Assembly (NCBI GenBank): GCA_963760615.1
Contig: CAVXDX010000014.1
Location: forward strand, 1-64,000
Length of the DNA stretch: 64,000 nucleotides
Direction of reading: 5' to 3'
Origin: an uncultured Candidatus Micrarchaeota archaeon
GTDB taxonomy: Archaea; Micrarchaeota; Micrarchaeia; Burarchaeales; Fermentimicrarchaeaceae
Shown here: positions 37,912-48,097 of the stretch, piece by piece
Numbering within the stretch: the first letter of the stretch is position 1
Layout: every line of letters begins with the position of its first letter
Notes under the pieces: generated by a model
Database searches by the model: none
What the model saw: the letters and a program-made list of their open reading frames with translations, nothing else
What the model was told of the DNA's origin: nothing
Translations under genes and position numbers: made by a program

Positions 37912-38523
37912 CTAGCTGCCCTTGTAGATTTTAATGAAGGATGCCCAGGCAGCCCTCTCAAGATTGTCCTCCTCATCACCAAAGCAGAGCAGTAGCATAT
38001 CCCCATCTTGGAAACTGAACTTTGAGCATATTTCAGCAAGAGCAGGGAGATAATCGCTCTGCACTTCATCACATGAATCAACAAAGTGGAATCTTCTCTT
38101 TTTGAAAGAGAGTAGAGTTATTCCACTTGCGCCCATCCTCACAGCCTCATCCCTCACATCAAGAACCCGAGCAGACTTGCTACATCTCAAAAGAATCCCA
38201 ACACTTCTCTTATCTGATGTGAGAGGACTTGGAGGGAAGGTGTTCATACCTACAGCATACTTTCTAAGTTCTTTCAGAAGCCCGAAACCTTTCCTGGTTA
38301 GTTTGTACCCCATAGGAGTTGTATCGACAACTTCCTCTTTCTTAAGGAATTTCAGTAGGCTCCTTGTGCTCCATTCGCCTATGCCTAGCTCACTGCTGAG
38401 CCTACCCCTCCCTTTCCTATGTTCAAGCTTCGATATGGCCCTCAACGCATCAAGAGGCGAGAATGAAGGGTACGGACCGAATTTCTTCTTTTTCATCCCT
38501 TCAATCAGTCTTAGAGTTTTCAT
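37912..38523 (-). CDS. Winged-helix + DUF4443-like transcriptional regulator
   Basis: GRGRLSSELGIGEWSTRSLL...G..LT.KG HTH; RDEAVRMGASG in the C-terminal domain. Confidence 0.7.
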   Translation of the reverse strand: MKTLRLIEGMKKKKFGPYPSFSPLDALRAISKLEHRKGRGRLSSELGIGEWSTRSLLKFLKKEEVVDTTPMGYKLTRKGFGLLKELRKYAVGMNTFPPSPLTSDKRSVGILLRCSKSARVLDVRDEAVRMGASGITLLSFKKRRFHFVDSCDEVQSDYLPALAEICSKFSFQDGDMLLLCFGDEEDNLERAAWASFIKIYKGS

Positions 38524-38614
38524 TGCCCTGCCTCGTTTTATTTAAAAGGTTGGATGAATTCACCAAGTTATAAAGAGCTGGATGAATTAAAGCTTTCGCT
38601 TTGGAGGTGAGATT

Positions 38615-39904
38615 GTGAGAAAATGGGTTCTGATGCTGCTCTTGCTCTCAAGTGTAGTCATCGCAGATAAGGCTGGTTTGGTAGTTCAGTTCGATAACTC
38701 GACTGTTATAAAGAAATGCATTGAATTTCAAAGTGGTGCTAGCGCATTTGATGTTCTTGAGAATTCTGGATTGCAGATAGCTACAAGGGATTTTGGACCA
38801 GGGCTTGGAATGGCACTATGCAAAATAGGGGATGTTGGATGCAGCGCAGATAACTGCTTCTGCCAGTCGGAATACTGGGGATTTTACTATTTGAGTGGAG
38901 GTAGTTGGGAGTACGCCCCAGTTGGGATAAGTGGGTATACTATTAGCAACGGCGACGTTCTTGGTTTCAGATGGGGGGCATACGGGGACAAGCCTGAGCT
39001 TCATTCATTTGGCGAGATATGCTCCTCTCCAACCCAGGGCGGAGGGGGGAGACCAGTCAGGCATTTCGTTATAACTATGAATGGAAACTGCAGCAAGGAG
39101 CCGTTTGTCATTAATGTGAAGGAGAAAGAGGAAGGAGGAGTCATCTGGGAGCCCACAGCCTTTTCTCTAGCCGGTGATCAGAATATAAAAGTTGAAAGCG
39201 GAGTGGGAATCAAGGTTCTTTTGCACGAGATTTATTTTGGCAGGGACGCAGGTTTTGAGAAAGTGGCATTTCTCTTTACAAATAAGGAAGGAAACACGAG
39301 TTTCATCCCTGAGAAAGCTGGGAAGTACAGACTGGAGTTTGAAAAGGGGGGGGACTTCCTAAGGGAGGAGAGGGAGATTGAAATCGATGTATGCAAAAGG
39401 GAGATGACGGTAACAAACAAATCAGTTGAGGAACCGAAGTCAGAGAAAAAAGAGGTTGAGTCGAATATCACGAGAGTTGACATAATCTCTCCGGAGACTG
39501 CGGTAGTTAACAGCACAGTTATTCTGAGAATGCTATCAGAAACAGGGGAGCCGCTTGCCAATGAGAGCATAATTGCTGAGTTTTCAGGGAGCATGAAGGG
39601 GCTTATAACAAATGAGAGCGGAGAGGTGGCATTCACCGCTGAGAAGGAAGGGGTCTACAGCTACAGCTCACCTAACCATACTCTGCTTGTATACAGAGTT
39701 ACGAATGTTATCGAAGCAACCAAAGTTGTGTTGAAAAGCAAAACACCACTAGTTATGCAAAGAGACGAGACGCCTCCATCTGTAGGGATGGCAGTTGCGA
39801 ACCCGCTCCAAAATGCTCTATCTGCTCTGGTTGGAGGGATAATTGTTCTAGCCTTGCTTTATATGCTCCAAAAGGCGAGAAAAATGCATTCTGGTAAATC
39901 ATAA
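38615..39904 (+). CDS. Secreted/membrane-anchored protein with DUF4430-like N-terminal domain
   Basis: Signal peptide; SAFDVL, YWGFY, GISGY...GDVLGFRW; C-terminal TM. Confidence 0.65.
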   Translation: MRKWVLMLLLLSSVVIADKAGLVVQFDNSTVIKKCIEFQSGASAFDVLENSGLQIATRDFGPGLGMALCKIGDVGCSADNCFCQSEYWGFYYLSGGSWEYAPVGISGYTISNGDVLGFRWGAYGDKPELHSFGEICSSPTQGGGGRPVRHFVITMNGNCSKEPFVINVKEKEEGGVIWEPTAFSLAGDQNIKVESGVGIKVLLHEIYFGRDAGFEKVAFLFTNKEGNTSFIPEKAGKYRLEFEKGGDFLREEREIEIDVCKREMTVTNKSVEEPKSEKKEVESNITRVDIISPETAVVNSTVILRMLSETGEPLANESIIAEFSGSMKGLITNESGEVAFTAEKEGVYSYSSPNHTLLVYRVTNVIEATKVVLKSKTPLVMQRDETPPSVGMAVANPLQNALSALVGGIIVLALLYMLQKARKMHSGKS

Positions 39905-39935
39905 AATCAACAAATAGAAAGCGGTGATATATAAA

Positions 39936-39963
39936 ATTTAGTTAACAGTTTGTTAACAAAATT
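39936..39963. promoter_or_regulatory. 28-bp imperfect palindrome, copy A
   Basis: ATTTAGTTAACAGTTTGTTAACAAAATT; 24/28 identical to the reverse complement of 41663-41690. Confidence 0.7.
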
Positions 39964-40072
39964 ATTTGGAGTAAATTATAATTCGTGCAAAGTTGTAATT
40001 ATCTGATATATTCTATTTTTCATCCCTGCAACTCCCATTTAATTTATTAATGACCTAAAGCAGAATATACGT

Positions 40073-41632
40073 ATGCTCAAAGAAGTTGAGAAAAGGGAGA
40101 AGGAAGACCTTTGGCCTAGGTTGAAAAAGGGGGACGAAGTACAGTGGTCTGAGGTTAGAAATGCCTTCCCCGAACCGTCAGAATGCTTCCCAAAATCTAA
40201 AATTCGCGTCTACTTCAATGATGCAAGCATCGGCATACCGTCAAAATTATCCAGCTTGGCTGCAAGAATGGAGTACACCAAGCTCTTCGTTAAACGAGTA
40301 GACCTAGATAAAAACTTTCAGGAGCAGCTTGAGCTTGTTGAAGAGACAAGAAAAAGGGTTGCAAAGCTTTTGGGAACAAAAGCGGAGAATATAATATTTG
40401 ACAACAACACCACTGAGGTAATGAAGCTTGCTGCTGCAATGGTTTTGAAAAAAGGCGACCACCTTATAACTACAAGCGGCGAGTATGCCCCAAGCATGCG
40501 TGTCTTCTTTGATTCACTCTACAGACTCCCAAAAGTGAGTGAGATGCATGCAGAGCGAGATATCCAATTCGGGCAGTTGCATATCAGGGAGTTCACAGCC
40601 GTCCCGGAGAGGTTTGAGGATGTAGGTATAACCATGCAAAACTTTGCACTTTCGTCAGGTGCAGTACAGCACGGTCATCCCCAATTCATTCAGGTGATTG
40701 GTGGCGATAGGAGATATCACGATGTTAAAATGAAAGTTGTTAAGCTTGGCGAGAGCGATGAGGAGATAGTCTCCATTATAGAAAAAGCAATCACGCCTAA
40801 AACAAAGCTTATTGTTGTTAGTCATGTGCTGAGGCAGGATGGCAGCATAATGCCAGTTAGAGAGATAGCGGATATGGTGAGAGAGCATTCAAAGGAGGAT
40901 AGGCCGCTTTATTTCCTTGTAGATGGCGCTCAGGCGCTCGGCAACCTGCATCCGAGGCAGCTTAGAGTTGAGAAAATTGGGTGCGACTTCTACACCGGTT
41001 GTTCGCATAAAACTGGTCTCTCCGAACCTGCAACAGGATTCCTATTTGTTAACGAGAGAAACAGGAAATTAATCCAGAACCTACTTGAACCGAACCTCTA
41101 TTTCCCTCACTTCCCGCTTTTTGAACTTAAAGCATTCCAATTCCATCCGGATAATCAGCCGGTTGACATGTTCAAAGGTTATGATGGGAAGGTAGAACCT
41201 AGGACTGTCAATGACTGGGCGGGCTTAGATGACAGAACTATGACAGAGTTCAAGAGGATATCAACCCCTGAAATAGCATCTTTCGACATATCGCTGCAAA
41301 TTTTTGAGTTTATTGGATGGGATAATGCGCAGAAGAGGATAACAGATTTAAGAGAATACGCAGTTGATAAGTTAAGAGCCATACCGGGAGTAGTCCTGGA
41401 GGTTAGTGAGAAAGTGAAATACTCTCCGGCAATACTCTCATTCTCACTTGAGGGAAAGGATTCCGCAAAGGTTATTAAGGAGCTGAGCAAGAGAGGCATA
41501 GAGACAACTTATATACCGCAATGCGGTAGCATAAGGCTATCATTTTCAATCAGAAACAATGAATGGGATGTGGATAAGCTTGTTGAAGAGCTTAGGGAGA
41601 TCAGCTCGGGAAAGCCAAAAACTCTGGAATGA
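40073..41632 (+). CDS. PLP-dependent aminotransferase class V (SufS/IscS-like fold) with large insertions
   Basis: YFNDAS, NTTE, VSHV, VDGAQ, CSHK (PLP lysine), IRLSF motifs. Confidence 0.88.
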   Translation: MLKEVEKREKEDLWPRLKKGDEVQWSEVRNAFPEPSECFPKSKIRVYFNDASIGIPSKLSSLAARMEYTKLFVKRVDLDKNFQEQLELVEETRKRVAKLLGTKAENIIFDNNTTEVMKLAAAMVLKKGDHLITTSGEYAPSMRVFFDSLYRLPKVSEMHAERDIQFGQLHIREFTAVPERFEDVGITMQNFALSSGAVQHGHPQFIQVIGGDRRYHDVKMKVVKLGESDEEIVSIIEKAITPKTKLIVVSHVLRQDGSIMPVREIADMVREHSKEDRPLYFLVDGAQALGNLHPRQLRVEKIGCDFYTGCSHKTGLSEPATGFLFVNERNRKLIQNLLEPNLYFPHFPLFELKAFQFHPDNQPVDMFKGYDGKVEPRTVNDWAGLDDRTMTEFKRISTPEIASFDISLQIFEFIGWDNAQKRITDLREYAVDKLRAIPGVVLEVSEKVKYSPAILSFSLEGKDSAKVIKELSKRGIETTYIPQCGSIRLSFSIRNNEWDVDKLVEELREISSGKPKTLE

Positions 41633-41662
41633 GCTCGCAGAGCGTTCCAAAAGCCAAGTGTA

Positions 41663-41690
41663 AATTTTGTTAACAACCTGTCCACAAAAT
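41663..41690. promoter_or_regulatory. 28-bp imperfect palindrome, copy B (inverted relative to A)
   Basis: AATTTTGTTAACAACCTGTCCACAAAAT, abutting the TATA-like AATATAAAA upstream of the SSB gene. Confidence 0.7.
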
Positions 41691-41732
41691 ATAAAAATTA
41701 GTAAGTCCAATAAACAAGGAAGAGGTGAATGA

Positions 41733-42026
41733 ATGAAAATTTCAGAGCTCAAACCAGGAACGGGTAACGCTACTATCGAGGTTGCAGAAGTCACTGCGAT
41801 AGAGGAAGCGAGGGATGTTCTCACACGGTTCGGAAAGAAGACAAAGGTGGCCAATGCCACCATAAAGGATGATAGCGGCGAGATAACTCTCTCTCTTTGG
41901 GGGGATGACATAAGCAGAATAGCAATAGGGGACAAAATAAAGATAGAAAACGGCTGGGTTTCCGAGTTCAGGGGCAACCCACAGCTCTCTGCGGGCAAGT
42001 ACGGCAAAATAACCAAAGTGGAGTAA
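41733..42026 (+). CDS. ssb: Single OB-fold ssDNA-binding protein (SSB/RPA)
   Basis: MKISELKPG, VANATIKDDSG.I.LSLWG, NGWVSEFRG..QLS.GKYG.I. Confidence 0.92.
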   Translation: MKISELKPGTGNATIEVAEVTAIEEARDVLTRFGKKTKVANATIKDDSGEITLSLWGDDISRIAIGDKIKIENGWVSEFRGNPQLSAGKYGKITKVE

Positions 42027-42086
42027 GGAAGTATTAAATATCAAGCCGAATTAAGTAGTATCACAAAATACCTAGGTGAAAGTAGA

Positions 42087-43868
42087 ATGTCAAAGAAGCC
42101 GATTTCAGCCGAAGTGATACATGCCTATGGATGGGTGCTGTGGCTAGTTATCATGGTGCTAGCCATCATGTACTATTTTGGTTTCTTCACACAATTCATA
42201 GAAAAATACCAGCCCTGCTCCCCCGAGACTGACGGATGGAGCATAACATACTACACCATATGCGCGAATACAACAATAGTGATGGATGGAGGCATTGCGG
42301 TGGGTAGAGGAGGCTCGCTTACTCTCAGGAATGTTACGCTTGTAATGAATGGGAAGAGCGATAACGATAGGTTGATAGAGGTGTTCCCGGGAGGGGAGCT
42401 GAGGGTGCTTGACAACGATGGCAACCCCGACACCACGGGGGACATGAGCATCATAGAGAACGGCACTAGTTCACCCAACTTCATTCTGTTTGCGCACATG
42501 GACGCGAAATTTGAGATGAGAAACTCCAAGATTTTGAATGCTGGCTCCAAGCTCTACGAAAGCACAAAGGGCCCGTATATAGAAGCCCAGGGTTCGACCA
42601 TTGAGGGCAACATAATCAGCGGGAACATTTACGGATTGGTCATAGACGCAGAAGGGGTTATTGTCAGGAATAATTCCATATCCGGCAGCGTGTATGGGAT
42701 TTATGTGGGCAATCTGACGCGCAGTCTGCTCATTGAGAAGAATCTAATTTCTAACAACAACGTTGGGATATATCTCTCCGCAGCCTCCACGGGCACTCAG
42801 ATAACTGGGAATAATATCCACAACAACCACGAGGCTGGCATTCTTATGTCTGGCTCTTCAGGCAACTCAGTCAAAGATAACATAAACTCAGACAACAACC
42901 GCGGGATATACCTCAACTACTCGAATTCCAATTCAGTGAAGGGGGAAACTTTAACCGACAGCAATGACGGAATTTTTGTGCAATTCTCCTCGAACAATAC
43001 CATAGAGTCGAGCAACCTCAGCTCGGATTCAGTTTCCTGCATATCGCTTGTGTCATCGGAGAGCAACAAGGTAAGCGAGAATACAATATCCAACTGCACG
43101 GATGGGGTCAGGCTGGATTCATCAAATAGCAATGACATCCTTGACAACCACCTTGCCGGTAATAAGAATGCAGTCGTCATGCTCTACGCAAGTTTGAATG
43201 AAATGGACGGAAACAGTGTGGAACAGAACCTCCAGAGCGTTCTGCTTCAGGATTCGCAGAACAACAATCTTTCGAGCAACACGCTGGCTGGGAACAGCAT
43301 GGGCATAAGGCTGGTAAATTCCACCTCGAACAATCTGCTTTCGAATACCATAATGAACGGCAGCTACGGCATATGGCTTTACTCGTCGCACCTGAACTTG
43401 CTGATGCAGAACAATGTAGATGGGAGTTCGCAGGCGATATTCTTCCACTTCTCATACCGGAACAACGCCACGGATAACAGTTTGAACAATAATACAATCG
43501 GCATAACTGTGAGCTCATCATCCGCCAATGTGATATCGGGCAATGCCATTCGGAATAACGACCAGTACGGAGTGGATATGTACAACTCAACTTCAAATAA
43601 AATTTGGAGCAATGACGTATCCTCCAATGGGGCCGAGGGGGTGCACGTGAGCTCTTCTGGTTCCAATGAATTCAAGCAGAATACCATCAGCGGCAACGGC
43701 AGGGATGGAATGTACTTCGAAACCTCCAATGATGTGGTTACTGGAAACACTGTGAGCGGCCATGTTCAGTACGGCGTTTACTGCTACAACTCTTATCCCA
43801 CCTTTTCGTTAAACACCATATCGAATAACGGAAACGACTGCGACGGTTGCGAGGGATGCAGCAGTTAG
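42087..43868 (+). CDS. NosD/CASH right-handed parallel beta-helix surface protein
   Basis: Many N.I..N..GI.L..S..N repeats; N-terminal pilin-like YGW helix. Confidence 0.88.
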   Translation: MSKKPISAEVIHAYGWVLWLVIMVLAIMYYFGFFTQFIEKYQPCSPETDGWSITYYTICANTTIVMDGGIAVGRGGSLTLRNVTLVMNGKSDNDRLIEVFPGGELRVLDNDGNPDTTGDMSIIENGTSSPNFILFAHMDAKFEMRNSKILNAGSKLYESTKGPYIEAQGSTIEGNIISGNIYGLVIDAEGVIVRNNSISGSVYGIYVGNLTRSLLIEKNLISNNNVGIYLSAASTGTQITGNNIHNNHEAGILMSGSSGNSVKDNINSDNNRGIYLNYSNSNSVKGETLTDSNDGIFVQFSSNNTIESSNLSSDSVSCISLVSSESNKVSENTISNCTDGVRLDSSNSNDILDNHLAGNKNAVVMLYASLNEMDGNSVEQNLQSVLLQDSQNNNLSSNTLAGNSMGIRLVNSTSNNLLSNTIMNGSYGIWLYSSHLNLLMQNNVDGSSQAIFFHFSYRNNATDNSLNNNTIGITVSSSSANVISGNAIRNNDQYGVDMYNSTSNKIWSNDVSSNGAEGVHVSSSGSNEFKQNTISGNGRDGMYFETSNDVVTGNTVSGHVQYGVYCYNSYPTFSLNTISNNGNDCDGCEGCSS

Positions 43869-43869
43869 T

Positions 43870-44397
43870 TCACCACGGCACTTTCTTGAGGCCAAGCCTG
43901 TTTGCGAGAATGTTGGTTGCTACGTGTAGAAGGTAGGTAAGCACGACCAGGAAAACCACCGAATCAAGGGAGAGGAAACCTGCTGGCACGTATGGAAGCG
44001 AGAGGAGCAGGGCGAAAAGCAGGAATGAGAGCTGGTCGAGAATAAGCGAAGGCTGGCCCCTCTTTATCCCTATCCTCCTTTTCAGGAAGCTTCCAGCCAG
44101 GTCGCCGAACATTGTGCCAAGTGAGAGCACAAAACCCAATAGCAGGAAATTCAGATCTATGCAGAGCGATGCAGGCAGCAGGGCAGAGGAGCACAGCAGC
44201 GATTCAGCCAGCCCGGTGAGGCTTCCGAAGCACAGCCCTGCAAACAAGCCCTTCCAAGTTTTTCCATCACCGAGTACCCTTTGCCCGTCTATGAATTTTC
44301 TTCTGAAATCCATGGGCATTCCGCCCCCGAAAAGGACAGGAGTCGCATTGGCGATGTAGGCGGGAAGTATGAAAAGCAACAAGCTGAGCAGGTTCAT
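43870..44397 (-). CDS. carS: CDP-archaeol synthase
   Basis: PAYIANATPV, PMDF, LGDGKTW.G, GDL.GSF.KRR, LDQL, NILA.RLGLK.VPW. Confidence 0.94.
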   Translation of the reverse strand: MNLLSLLLFILPAYIANATPVLFGGGMPMDFRRKFIDGQRVLGDGKTWKGLFAGLCFGSLTGLAESLLCSSALLPASLCIDLNFLLLGFVLSLGTMFGDLAGSFLKRRIGIKRGQPSLILDQLSFLLFALLLSLPYVPAGFLSLDSVVFLVVLTYLLHVATNILANRLGLKKVPW

Positions 44398-44442
44398 CCT
44401 ATACCACAATATTTATAAGGTTAGAAAAGTATTTATTGGAGT

Positions 44443-45369
44443 ATGAAAGCGGATAAACTAATCATAACAACGCTGCTTGTTGCAATTGGAGCCTTGATGG
44501 TTGTCGGAACCATAGTTGCGGTATACTCAATCTACTACCTTGCCACCCCGAAGGAATGCGTTGGAGTCATTGAAGTGAACGGGGAGATAAGCACGCAGAG
44601 CTCCAGCGGGGGGCTGTTCGGCTCTCCCACCATTGGCTCGGATGATATTGTGAATCAGATACAGAACGCGGAGAACAGGGATGATGTGAAGGCGGTAGTT
44701 TTTGAGGTAAACTCCCCCGGAGGCTCTGTAGTTGCGAGCAGGGAGATATACGAAGCAGTGAAAGATATGAAGAAGCCCAAGGTTGCCTATTTCAGGGAGG
44801 TTGCAGCATCTGGGGCTTACTATATATCAGCACCTTCGGATTACATTGTTTCGGAGCCTGACGCCCTTACTGGTAGCATAGGAGTGGTTGCAACCTTTGA
44901 GGACATGAGCGGGCTGTTCAACAAGCTCGGCCTGAACTACACGATATTCAAATCCGGCGAGCTTAAGGATATGGGCACAGACACAAGGCCCCCCACGGAG
45001 AAGGAGAAGCAGATTATGCAGAATATGATAAACGAGATTTTCAGCGAGTTCAGAAGCGTTGTTGAGGAGGGAAGGAGGGGCAAGCTGAACGAACAGAAGT
45101 TTAATGAAATTCTTGATGCCAGGGTGCTTACTGGGAGGCAGGCAAAGGATGTTGGGCTTGTGGATGAGGTTGGCAACAGGAAAAGGGCGCTCGAAGTTGC
45201 CGCAAACCTTGCCAACATGTCATTCAAGAATGCGCCGAATACGTGCGAGATGAGCAACCCCAACCCATTTGCTGGTGTCCTTTCCGGCATAGGGCAGGGA
45301 ATCACCTACACTGCGAGAGAGCTTCTGAGCTTTAGCACCCCTAGTGGAGTCAGAGTAAGCTATACCTGA
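44443..45369 (+). CDS. sppA: Signal peptide peptidase SppA (S49)
   Basis: VNSPGGS, AASG.YY, TGSIGV, KSGELKD, TG.QA...GLVD motifs. Confidence 0.94.
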   Translation: MKADKLIITTLLVAIGALMVVGTIVAVYSIYYLATPKECVGVIEVNGEISTQSSSGGLFGSPTIGSDDIVNQIQNAENRDDVKAVVFEVNSPGGSVVASREIYEAVKDMKKPKVAYFREVAASGAYYISAPSDYIVSEPDALTGSIGVVATFEDMSGLFNKLGLNYTIFKSGELKDMGTDTRPPTEKEKQIMQNMINEIFSEFRSVVEEGRRGKLNEQKFNEILDARVLTGRQAKDVGLVDEVGNRKRALEVAANLANMSFKNAPNTCEMSNPNPFAGVLSGIGQGITYTARELLSFSTPSGVRVSYT

Positions 45370-45373
45370 TTAT

Positions 45374-46579
45374 CTACTCATATCTTAGAGCGTCCACTGG
45401 CAATAGCCTTGCTGCCCTCCTTGCCGGGAAGAAGCCTGCAATGATTCCGACAACCATGGAGAAAAACAGCCCAAAGGTTGCAAGCTCTGGTGATATGTCT
45501 GTTGGCACACCAAAGTAGTTGAGCACAAGTGTTGCAAGCGCTGCAAGCACAAGCCCAAAAGCGCCTCCCACCATACCTATGATGCCTGCCTCCAAGAGAA
45601 ACATCTCCAGCACAATATTATCTGTGGCCCCTACCGCCTTTAGGATGCCTATCTCCCTTGTCCTCTCCATTATGGACATGAACATTGTGTTGGCAATTCC
45701 TATCCCCCCAACCAGAAGCGCTATACCTGATATACCTGCCAGGAATAGGCTCAGTGTTCCGGTTATGGTGTTTACTGTCTGCGCGACAGATGCCGGAGTT
45801 TGCACTGTAAAATCTTCACTGCCTTCCTTCACGTGATGCAGCTGCCTGAGCTTCGCACTTATCTGGCTACCGATTATTTCTGGGTCATATCCATTTGCAA
45901 CTTCCACAAGAATCTCATCCGCCTGGTTTGGAAGCTTCTGACCCGCATACACTTCCTTGGCATCTTCAAGAGGCATAACCATAACGCTGCCGGTAGCTGA
46001 TGCCAATCCGCCCCCTTTCTTGAATATCCCTATGACCTTAAAACTCATGCCCCGTATCTGCACTACCTGGTTGACGGTGATGTTGTTCTTGAACACGCCG
46101 TTGGCTATTGTATCACCTATTACTATAACACGCCTCTCACCACTTTTGTATAACCTTCCCTTGCCAACCTCGTAGTATGAGACATTTTTCATAGCTTCCG
46201 CATCAATTCCAACCACTAGAACTCTAGCCGTCTCATTCTTGAACTGAATTACAGCCCTATCCTGAAGCGACGGGAACACTTTCTCAACTCCAGGAATCGC
46301 TCTTAAAGCATTTGCATCATTCGTAGTTAGCGTTGCCGAGACAGCTGAGAGGGTCGGACCCAGGGTCATCTGCTTAGGACTGCCGGGAGCTATCTGCACC
46401 CAGTTCCCGCCAAGTGCGCCAAGCTGGTTCATTATGAAGTCGTTGACCCCCTGCGCTACAGATATGAGTATTACTATGGCGGCTATGCCTATCACTATGC
46501 CCAGTATTGTCAGGTAGCTCCTCAGCTTCCTGTTGAAGAGGTTTTCTACCGCGTAATTCAGGAGGTCAAGGTGATTCAT
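45374..46579 (-). CDS. ABC transporter permease, MacB/FtsX family
   Basis: RKLRSYLTILGIVIG, VGGIGIANTM, ERTREIG.LKA.GA, PARRAA.L.PVDALRYE. Confidence 0.94.
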   Translation of the reverse strand: MNHLDLLNYAVENLFNRKLRSYLTILGIVIGIAAIVILISVAQGVNDFIMNQLGALGGNWVQIAPGSPKQMTLGPTLSAVSATLTTNDANALRAIPGVEKVFPSLQDRAVIQFKNETARVLVVGIDAEAMKNVSYYEVGKGRLYKSGERRVIVIGDTIANGVFKNNITVNQVVQIRGMSFKVIGIFKKGGGLASATGSVMVMPLEDAKEVYAGQKLPNQADEILVEVANGYDPEIIGSQISAKLRQLHHVKEGSEDFTVQTPASVAQTVNTITGTLSLFLAGISGIALLVGGIGIANTMFMSIMERTREIGILKAVGATDNIVLEMFLLEAGIIGMVGGAFGLVLAALATLVLNYFGVPTDISPELATFGLFFSMVVGIIAGFFPARRAARLLPVDALRYE

Positions 46580-48097
46580 CTACCTACCCCTCTTCTTGAA
46601 GTATCTCGTGTATACGACATACACAACTGCGCAAATTACGATTAGTACCAGGATTATTGAGGTTAGGCTCATTTCGGCAGGCTTTTGGGTGAGATTCACT
46701 ATACCCTGCGATACAACCTCTATAGGCACATCCTGAGTTACAGTGTGCTCTGTGTTGTATGCATCTCTGAATGTCATTGTCACGTGAATGGGGTAGACTC
46801 CTGGCTTCAAGTTGTTATTAGAGTATATTGTATAGTCAACCGAGCTGTAATCGTCAAGATTCAGGCTGCCTATGTAGTTTTGGGAGGAGCTCAGAATCTC
46901 AAAGCTTTCGCTTGAGGCATTCACGCTTAGTGCTCTTATATTTATATTACCTGTATTTGAGAACTGCAGGGAGATCGTATACGCCCCTCCGGCTGCAACT
47001 GGCGATGGAGTGGTGCTTGGCGTTATGGATATCTGCGGCACGTCTCCCACTTCAATGCCAACCTGTTTCTGAATCGGGGTCTGAGTCTCACCGTTATTGT
47101 CAAGGTAGTTTATTGTTATGGTTACCGGATAGTAGCCCGCAGCTGTGGTTCCGCCCACCCCAATCTCGAACTCCATCTGCTCTTTGGAGTTAGGCGCGAT
47201 GGAGTCAAAGTATCTTTCAGAAGAGCCAAGGGAGGTGAAAGAGGATGAAGCTGATGAGACGCTTATTTTTGCAGACTGGGCATTGCTGTTTCCGATGTTG
47301 GTGATGTTAACTAGGAATCTGGTCTTGTCCCCAGGTGACACGGGCCTTTTCTCTGCCTGCGCATCGACTATAAAGTCGACAGAGCTTTTAACCACGTTAA
47401 CCGGGGTTATTGTTATGGTCATCTGCTGCAGCGAACCAAGCGGATCCTGGTATGTCACTGTAAGAGGGATGGATTGCACCCCTGATTGAAGTGAAGCACT
47501 TGCAACGATAGGGATTTCGAAAGAGGTAGTCTGCCCGCTTGCCAAATCCCCAACATTGAGTTGGGATAGACCGTCGAAGAAGAATGACGTGGAGTTTATA
47601 GTCAGGGATATCTTTGATATGCTACCTCCCTCATTTTTTAGCTGCACATCCACAGTGAATTTGTCGCCCGGCGTTATGGGTTTGATGGGGATGAAAGAGA
47701 AGTTGAATGTGGGTGGGTTGGTGACGCTTATGGGTATTGAAAATGTCTTTGTATACGTATCGCTGCCCTCTGTCCAGAAAGCGTCCAGCCTCAGGTTGTA
47801 TATGCCTGGCGACACGTCGTATTTTATTGTAAACGGAACTGAGATCACAGTTGAGCCGAGGGAACCAATGTCGCCCAGTTGTATCCTGTTTGAAGTGAAA
47901 GTGAACTGCTCCCCACCTTGGTATATCACAGCACCGCTGACTGTTGAGGTGCCTGGGTTGGACACAGTTATGGATACAGAGCCCGTGACACCGGGCTTGA
48001 GCGTGCTCGGCAGAACGGAGTATGAGGTTATCTGAACACTTGCCGATGCAACCGCAACCAGTGCAAGCAGCACTGCAAACAAAGCTTCTTTTCTCAT
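46580..48097 (-). CDS. COG1361 S-layer/CARDB-like protein
   Basis: Signal peptide, repeated Ig-like PG....V...N.G units, C-terminal TM; located inside the ABC operon. Confidence 0.8.
   Translation of the reverse strand: MRKEALFAVLLALVAVASASVQITSYSVLPSTLKPGVTGSVSITVSNPGTSTVSGAVIYQGGEQFTFTSNRIQLGDIGSLGSTVISVPFTIKYDVSPGIYNLRLDAFWTEGSDTYTKTFSIPISVTNPPTFNFSFIPIKPITPGDKFTVDVQLKNEGGSISKISLTINSTSFFFDGLSQLNVGDLASGQTTSFEIPIVASASLQSGVQSIPLTVTYQDPLGSLQQMTITITPVNVVKSSVDFIVDAQAEKRPVSPGDKTRFLVNITNIGNSNAQSAKISVSSASSSFTSLGSSERYFDSIAPNSKEQMEFEIGVGGTTAAGYYPVTITINYLDNNGETQTPIQKQVGIEVGDVPQISITPSTTPSPVAAGGAYTISLQFSNTGNINIRALSVNASSESFEILSSSQNYIGSLNLDDYSSVDYTIYSNNNLKPGVYPIHVTMTFRDAYNTEHTVTQDVPIEVVSQGIVNLTQKPAEMSLTSIILVLIVICAVVYVVYTRYFKKRGR

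Noticed and set aside
39936-41690. 28-bp palindromes as Xer/dif sites or DnaA boxes
   Set aside because: Arm/spacer geometry is 11-5-11 rather than 11-6-11, and only one copy resembles a DnaA box; kept as an unexplained repeat pair instead.
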